From Candidatus Iainarchaeum sp. (GTDB lineage Archaea > Iainarchaeota > Iainarchaeia > Iainarchaeales > VGJJ01): a stretch of DNA of 32,000 nt. The notes beneath the pieces were generated by a model. The model saw nothing but the letters and a program-made list of their open reading frames with translations. It had not been told where the DNA came from and searched no databases. Location of the stretch: NCBI GenBank assembly GCA_030688545.1, contig JAUYHT010000002.1:30001-62000 (forward strand), in the 5' to 3' direction. Of this stretch, positions 28,405-32,000 are shown one piece after another. The stretch's first letter is position 1, and each line of letters opens with the position of its first letter. The translations under genes and the position numbers were made by a program.

Positions 28405-29115
28405 TCAGATGATGGACGCAGCCATATACAACCCTAATGCAATGAGGAATAGACCAATGCCCAACCGCATGAGTCCGCGGTTCTCTTTCCGCCAGGCCTC
28501 CATCTTCTTGGAGGTGGTGCCAAAATACATCAGGCCGATGATGACGAACAAGGGAAGGACGAAGACGAGGTTATACAAAAGGAGTAAGGGAATTCCCTCC
28601 GCTAAATTGCCTGCCGATAACAATCCCAACACCGCCAGATAGGGCGCTCCCGTGCAGGGCAATTCGATGAAAACCACGAATATCCCTAACACGAATGCGA
28701 AGGCAATCGCGAGGAAGGGGTGTTTCATCTCCAAGTTTTTGAAAATGGAGGTATAGTGTTTGACCCGTTCCGCCCCCCCGGGAAGGATTTGGAGGGAAAA
28801 CCCTTTTCCGTACCAAAAGTAATCCTTGATCTCCAACAACCCGGCTAAAATAGCGATGATGGCCGCTAACCAATAGAAACTGATGGATAGGCCGGTGTTC
28901 AGGGCCAGGTGAAGGATGCCTAATCCCAAAACGAGGTAGGTGAGGTAGACGGCCACCACATAAATCAGGCCGGCGATGAGCATCCGACGCTTGTCTTTCT
29001 TGAAAACGGCCTTCATGTAAGCCAGGAGGAAGATGAGCACCCCGAAGACGCAGGGATTAATGCTGTCCGCAAGCGCCGCCCCAATGACTAATGGGAGGGT
29101 GAGTTCTGTGACCAT
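28405..29115 (-). CDS. CcdA/DsbD-family thiol:disulfide electron-transfer membrane protein
   Basis: Six to eight TM helices with the two hallmark membrane-embedded Cys motifs, SINPCVFGVL and ELPCTGAPYL. Confidence 0.8.
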   Translation of the reverse strand: MVTELTLPLVIGAALADSINPCVFGVLIFLLAYMKAVFKKDKRRMLIAGLIYVVAVYLTYLVLGLGILHLALNTGLSISFYWLAAIIAILAGLLEIKDYFWYGKGFSLQILPGGAERVKHYTSIFKNLEMKHPFLAIAFAFVLGIFVVFIELPCTGAPYLAVLGLLSAGNLAEGIPLLLLYNLVFVLPLFVIIGLMYFGTTSKKMEAWRKENRGLMRLGIGLFLIALGLYMAASII

Positions 29116-29132
29116 TTGTCCCTAACTCCCTG

Positions 29133-29525
29133 TCACGCGCCCGTCCCCGGATAGGGACACCCGGTCAATTCTTCCAACTCCTGATAGGTGGCCAACCCTT
29201 CAATGCGCCCTAATTCCTGTCCATCCACTTCCCTCACCCACGTGGGGGTTTTGGCGATATTCTTTTCCAGGCATAATTCCACTTGGGGATTTTCCCCATT
29301 GGGATGGCATTCTATTTCGATGATTTTTTCGAACGCGGGACCAAACTCCTCCCGCTGCTTCTTGCAGGAGAGGCAGGTGAACGACCCATACATGAGAGTG
29401 TCGCTGTCGGTAATACATTGGGCGAAGGCCGTGAACGCCGGGGTTTGCGGATGCGCCGTGCTTCCCCCGACACAGCCTGCTAATACGATGAGGGCAATCA
29501 TTCCGATGGCTAACATAGTTTTCAT
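29133..29525 (-). CDS. Extracytoplasmic thioredoxin-fold CxxC lipoprotein (DsbA-like partner of VKOR)
   Basis: Lipobox LAGC after MKTMLAIGMIALIV, and a CLSC redox motif. It resembles the Trx-like domains fused to bacterial VKORs. The ATG at 29525 overlaps the VKOR TGA (ATGA). Confidence 0.7.
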   Translation of the reverse strand: MKTMLAIGMIALIVLAGCVGGSTAHPQTPAFTAFAQCITDSDTLMYGSFTCLSCKKQREEFGPAFEKIIEIECHPNGENPQVELCLEKNIAKTPTWVREVDGQELGRIEGLATYQELEELTGCPYPGTGA

Positions 29526-30055
29526 GCGCGTTTTCCTCCCGTTCTTCGCCAATGGACAAAGGCCCAAAGGACGATTAAAAGTAATACCGTATGTGAGAAT
29601 ATACACCAGGTGCAGATGGCGTCCAAAACATAGAGCATGAGATAGACGAAATACATCGCTCCCAGGAACATCAGACCGCCCGCGATGGCAATAATCTTTA
29701 ACGCGGTTTCCTGGGCTAATCGCTTATGCCATCCCCCCCAGGCGATGAGGAAAAAGAAGGCGAATCCTAATATTCCGAATACCGAAACAGGAATGCCAAA
29801 CATCTCGGAGTACACACTGTTATTCACAAAATCACAATTACCCCCAATAGGGCAGGCCGTGGAGGTGTCCGAGAGTTTGTTATAGAGGAGGATGGAATCA
29901 ATGCCAATTCCAATGAGCGCCAGAACCAGGATGACCATCCATTTGGTATTATGGGCTTTCTGGGAAGCGTTTTTGGAAGAAGGAGATGACAGGCCGGGTG
30001 AGGAAACCTTGGGTTTCCTCTTATTACGAGCGGGAGGCATGCCTGCAACACCCAT
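29522..30055 (-). CDS. Vitamin K epoxide reductase (VKOR) family protein
   Basis: Loop Cys pair ACPIGGNC, and the TM CxxC motif ICTWCIF after the conserved SxxGxP-like segment (SEMFGIPVSVFG). Four to five TM helices. Confidence 0.85.
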   Translation of the reverse strand: MGVAGMPPARNKRKPKVSSPGLSSPSSKNASQKAHNTKWMVILVLALIGIGIDSILLYNKLSDTSTACPIGGNCDFVNNSVYSEMFGIPVSVFGILGFAFFFLIAWGGWHKRLAQETALKIIAIAGGLMFLGAMYFVYLMLYVLDAICTWCIFSHTVLLLIVLWAFVHWRRTGGKRA

Positions 30056-30112
30056 TTCCCATTTTTAAATGATATAGTTTCACCCCCGTTATCCGTTACG
30101 CGCAGGTTTAAG

Positions 30113-31435
30113 ATGCGGAAAACCATTGTGGAGAGGATGCCGGGGGCCCACCTCACCAAAATCATCTCCTGCCTGGACGAAAACCAAAAGGGCTTGCTCA
30201 AAGAAAGCCCCCACTCGGTGATTGTTGCCGATATGGAAGGGCATGTGGTGGCCTGCAATGCGGGGGCCGGGGACTTATTTGGGTATACGAAAACAGAGAT
30301 GATTGGCACCCATGTCAAAGTTTTCCATCCCCCCCAAAATTATGCCCGGATCCTCCCTGAATTGTTTCGCACGGCCCTGCAGAAAGGAATTTATGATCAG
30401 ATTATTACCCTCCAGAAGAAAGACCACCAACCCTTTCTCGCCCGCATCATCGTTACGCGCATCCTCGGAACGGATGGAAAGCCCATTGCCCTCATGGGGG
30501 TTACCTCGCCCGCCCAAAAAGCCCCCTCTATTGGTTTTATCGCCACTTGGATTAGGGCCCTCCGCGCGCCTTTCTTCACGGCAACCCTCATCCCTATTTT
30601 TTTAGGAACCGCCATTGCCTTCTCCGCTACGGGAACATTTTCATTCTGGCCATTCTTCTGGACGGTATGGGGCATGCTCTTCATCCACGCGGGAGTAAAC
30701 TTAGCCAATGATTATTTCGACCATCAAACAGGGAATGATGAATTGAATCCGCACCCCACGCCCTTCAGTGGGGGCAGCCGGGTGATTCAGGAAGGATTGG
30801 TGGCTCCGAATACGATAAGGAATGTCGCCCTCCTCTGCCTCGCCGTTGGATCCCTCATCGGATTATATCTCAATTCCCTTGTCCCGGGGAACCTCATCCT
30901 GGTTTTAGGGGTTTTGGGAGTGGGTATCGGATTCTTCTATAGCAGCCCACCCCTCGCGGCGAGCTACAAACGATTGGGGGAATTATGTGTCGCTTTAGGA
31001 TTCGGGCCCCTCATTGTATTAGGCAGCTATGTCGTCCAAACACAATCCTTTTCCATTATCCCCTTGGTGGCCTCCATCCCCATCGCTTTGCTCATCGTTG
31101 GGGTCCTATTCCTCAACCAGTTCCCCGATTTTGAGGCTGATGTGAAATCACAGAAGCGAAACCTGTTGAACACTTGGGGCAAACCCACGGGGGTCAAACT
31201 CCTCACCTATGGAGTGGCGGCTGTTTTCATATTCACGGGAGCAGGGGTCATATCTGGATTATTTCCCCCGCTCGCGGGACTTACATTACTGGCGCTCCCC
31301 TTCGCCTACGCCATGCTCACCACGCTCCGCACCCACTATGATCAGGTGCTCGAATTGCTCCCCGCCAACGCCAATATGATCAAATTGCATTTTACCTATG
31401 GATTGCTTTTTACTATTGCTTTCCTGGTGGGATGA
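30113..31435 (+). CDS. menA: PAS domain fused to a 1,4-dihydroxy-2-naphthoate polyprenyltransferase-like UbiA-family enzyme
   Basis: Residues about 25-135 form a PAS fold (SPHSVIVADMEGHVVACNAGAGDLFGYTKTEMIG...KDHQPFLARIIVTRILGTDGKPIALMGV). The remainder is a polytopic UbiA enzyme with MenA-type motifs NLANDYFDHQTGND and NQFPDFEADVKSQKRN. Confidence 0.82.
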   Translation: MRKTIVERMPGAHLTKIISCLDENQKGLLKESPHSVIVADMEGHVVACNAGAGDLFGYTKTEMIGTHVKVFHPPQNYARILPELFRTALQKGIYDQIITLQKKDHQPFLARIIVTRILGTDGKPIALMGVTSPAQKAPSIGFIATWIRALRAPFFTATLIPIFLGTAIAFSATGTFSFWPFFWTVWGMLFIHAGVNLANDYFDHQTGNDELNPHPTPFSGGSRVIQEGLVAPNTIRNVALLCLAVGSLIGLYLNSLVPGNLILVLGVLGVGIGFFYSSPPLAASYKRLGELCVALGFGPLIVLGSYVVQTQSFSIIPLVASIPIALLIVGVLFLNQFPDFEADVKSQKRNLLNTWGKPTGVKLLTYGVAAVFIFTGAGVISGLFPPLAGLTLLALPFAYAMLTTLRTHYDQVLELLPANANMIKLHFTYGLLFTIAFLVG

Positions 31436-31441
31436 TATCGC

Positions 31442-32000
31442 ATGCCTGTTCATTTTTCTATGCCATTTGAAAAGAATATAACTCTTGAAATGGATTCAAA
31501 TTACACCCAAAAAGTGCAGGAAGCCGTGCGCCATGGGAAACACGTCCGACCTTGGCTCATGCGCCGTGTCTGCGAAAAAATGGATCTGGATTACAAACCC
31601 CTCGAAGCGGCCGCGATGGGCATCGAAATGATCCATCAAGCCTCCCTTCTGCATGACGATGTCATTGATGGGGACCTGGAACGCCGGGGAACAGAAAATG
31701 ATGCCGCCCAGAATGGGGTTTCCCATTCTATTCTTTTTGGAGATTTCCTTTTCCTCCAAGGGATGAAACACTTCCATGAATCTCAATACCCCCCTGCCAT
31801 CCCCCGCGCCGTCGTGGAAACGGTCAGCGGAATGGCCGAGCACCAATTGAAAGAGAGCGAGGGACGGATAACGGATTTGGATGCCTACCTCGCCTACGCG
31901 GAAGCCAAAACCGGAGGATTGTTCGCCCTCTGCGCCCGCATTCCTTTGCTGTATTATGAAATGAATCATCCCCCTGCGGAAACATTTTCCCACCACTATG
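31442..32000 (+). CDS. Polyprenyl diphosphate synthase (trans-isoprenyl diphosphate synthase family), N-terminal part; continues past the window end
   Basis: Open frame from the ATG at 31442 to the edge (not in the ORF track). My translation includes AAAMGIEMIHQASLLHDDVIDGDLERRG (first DDxxD / FARM motif) and KTGGLF. The listed minus-strand ORF 31496-31996 is its antisense shadow. Confidence 0.85.
   Translation, partial: MPVHFSMPFEKNITLEMDSNYTQKVQEAVRHGKHVRPWLMRRVCEKMDLDYKPLEAAAMGIEMIHQASLLHDDVIDGDLERRGTENDAAQNGVSHSILFGDFLFLQGMKHFHESQYPPAIPRAVVETVSGMAEHQLKESEGRITDLDAYLAYAEAKTGGLFALCARIPLLYYEMNHPPAETFSHHY

Noticed and set aside
31496-31996. Minus-strand 166-aa ORF
   Set aside because: It is antisense to the plus-strand polyprenyl synthase frame, which carries the LLHDDVIDGDLERRG motif. 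The ORF has no motif of its own.

Overview
This looks like a chromosomal segment of an uncultured-type archaeon. Support for that: archaeal-type LeuRS and AlaRS, TATA boxes about 22-27 nt upstream of RNA 5' ends or leaderless ATGs, and GGAGG ribosome-binding sites. The window holds a stand-alone 23S rRNA gene bracketed by nested inverted repeats, with no 16S or 5S visible. It also holds tRNA-Leu(GAG), tRNA-Ala(UGC) and an RNase P RNA that an ORF track cannot show. Housekeeping genes (leuS, pyrB, H+-PPase, CaCA exchanger, RumA/TrmA-type RNA methyltransferase, alaS, msrA) alternate with accessory blocks. Main items: (i) At 22.8-27.0 kb there is a compact minus-strand cassette. It contains a class-I hyaluronan-synthase-like GT2, a translationally coupled minimal archaeosortase/exosortase-family protein, and two paralogous surface proteins ending in a VPIHPLVA + TM + RR C-terminal signal that matches no named CTERM class I know. 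(ii) At 28.4-32.0 kb an extracytoplasmic disulfide module (VKOR, CxxC lipoprotein, CcdA/DsbD-type membrane protein) lies divergent to a PAS-MenA fusion and a polyprenyl diphosphate synthase. (iii) Two 79-aa secreted peptides share a conserved N-terminal half and have divergent Cys-containing C-terminal halves. (iv) Clusters of A/T-only palindromes abut stable-RNA genes. (v) A solo Fic/Doc gene sits next to the 23S gene. Both window edges cut real genes (leuS, polyprenyl synthase) that are missing from the ORF track. All homology calls rest on motif recognition by eye; no searches were run.
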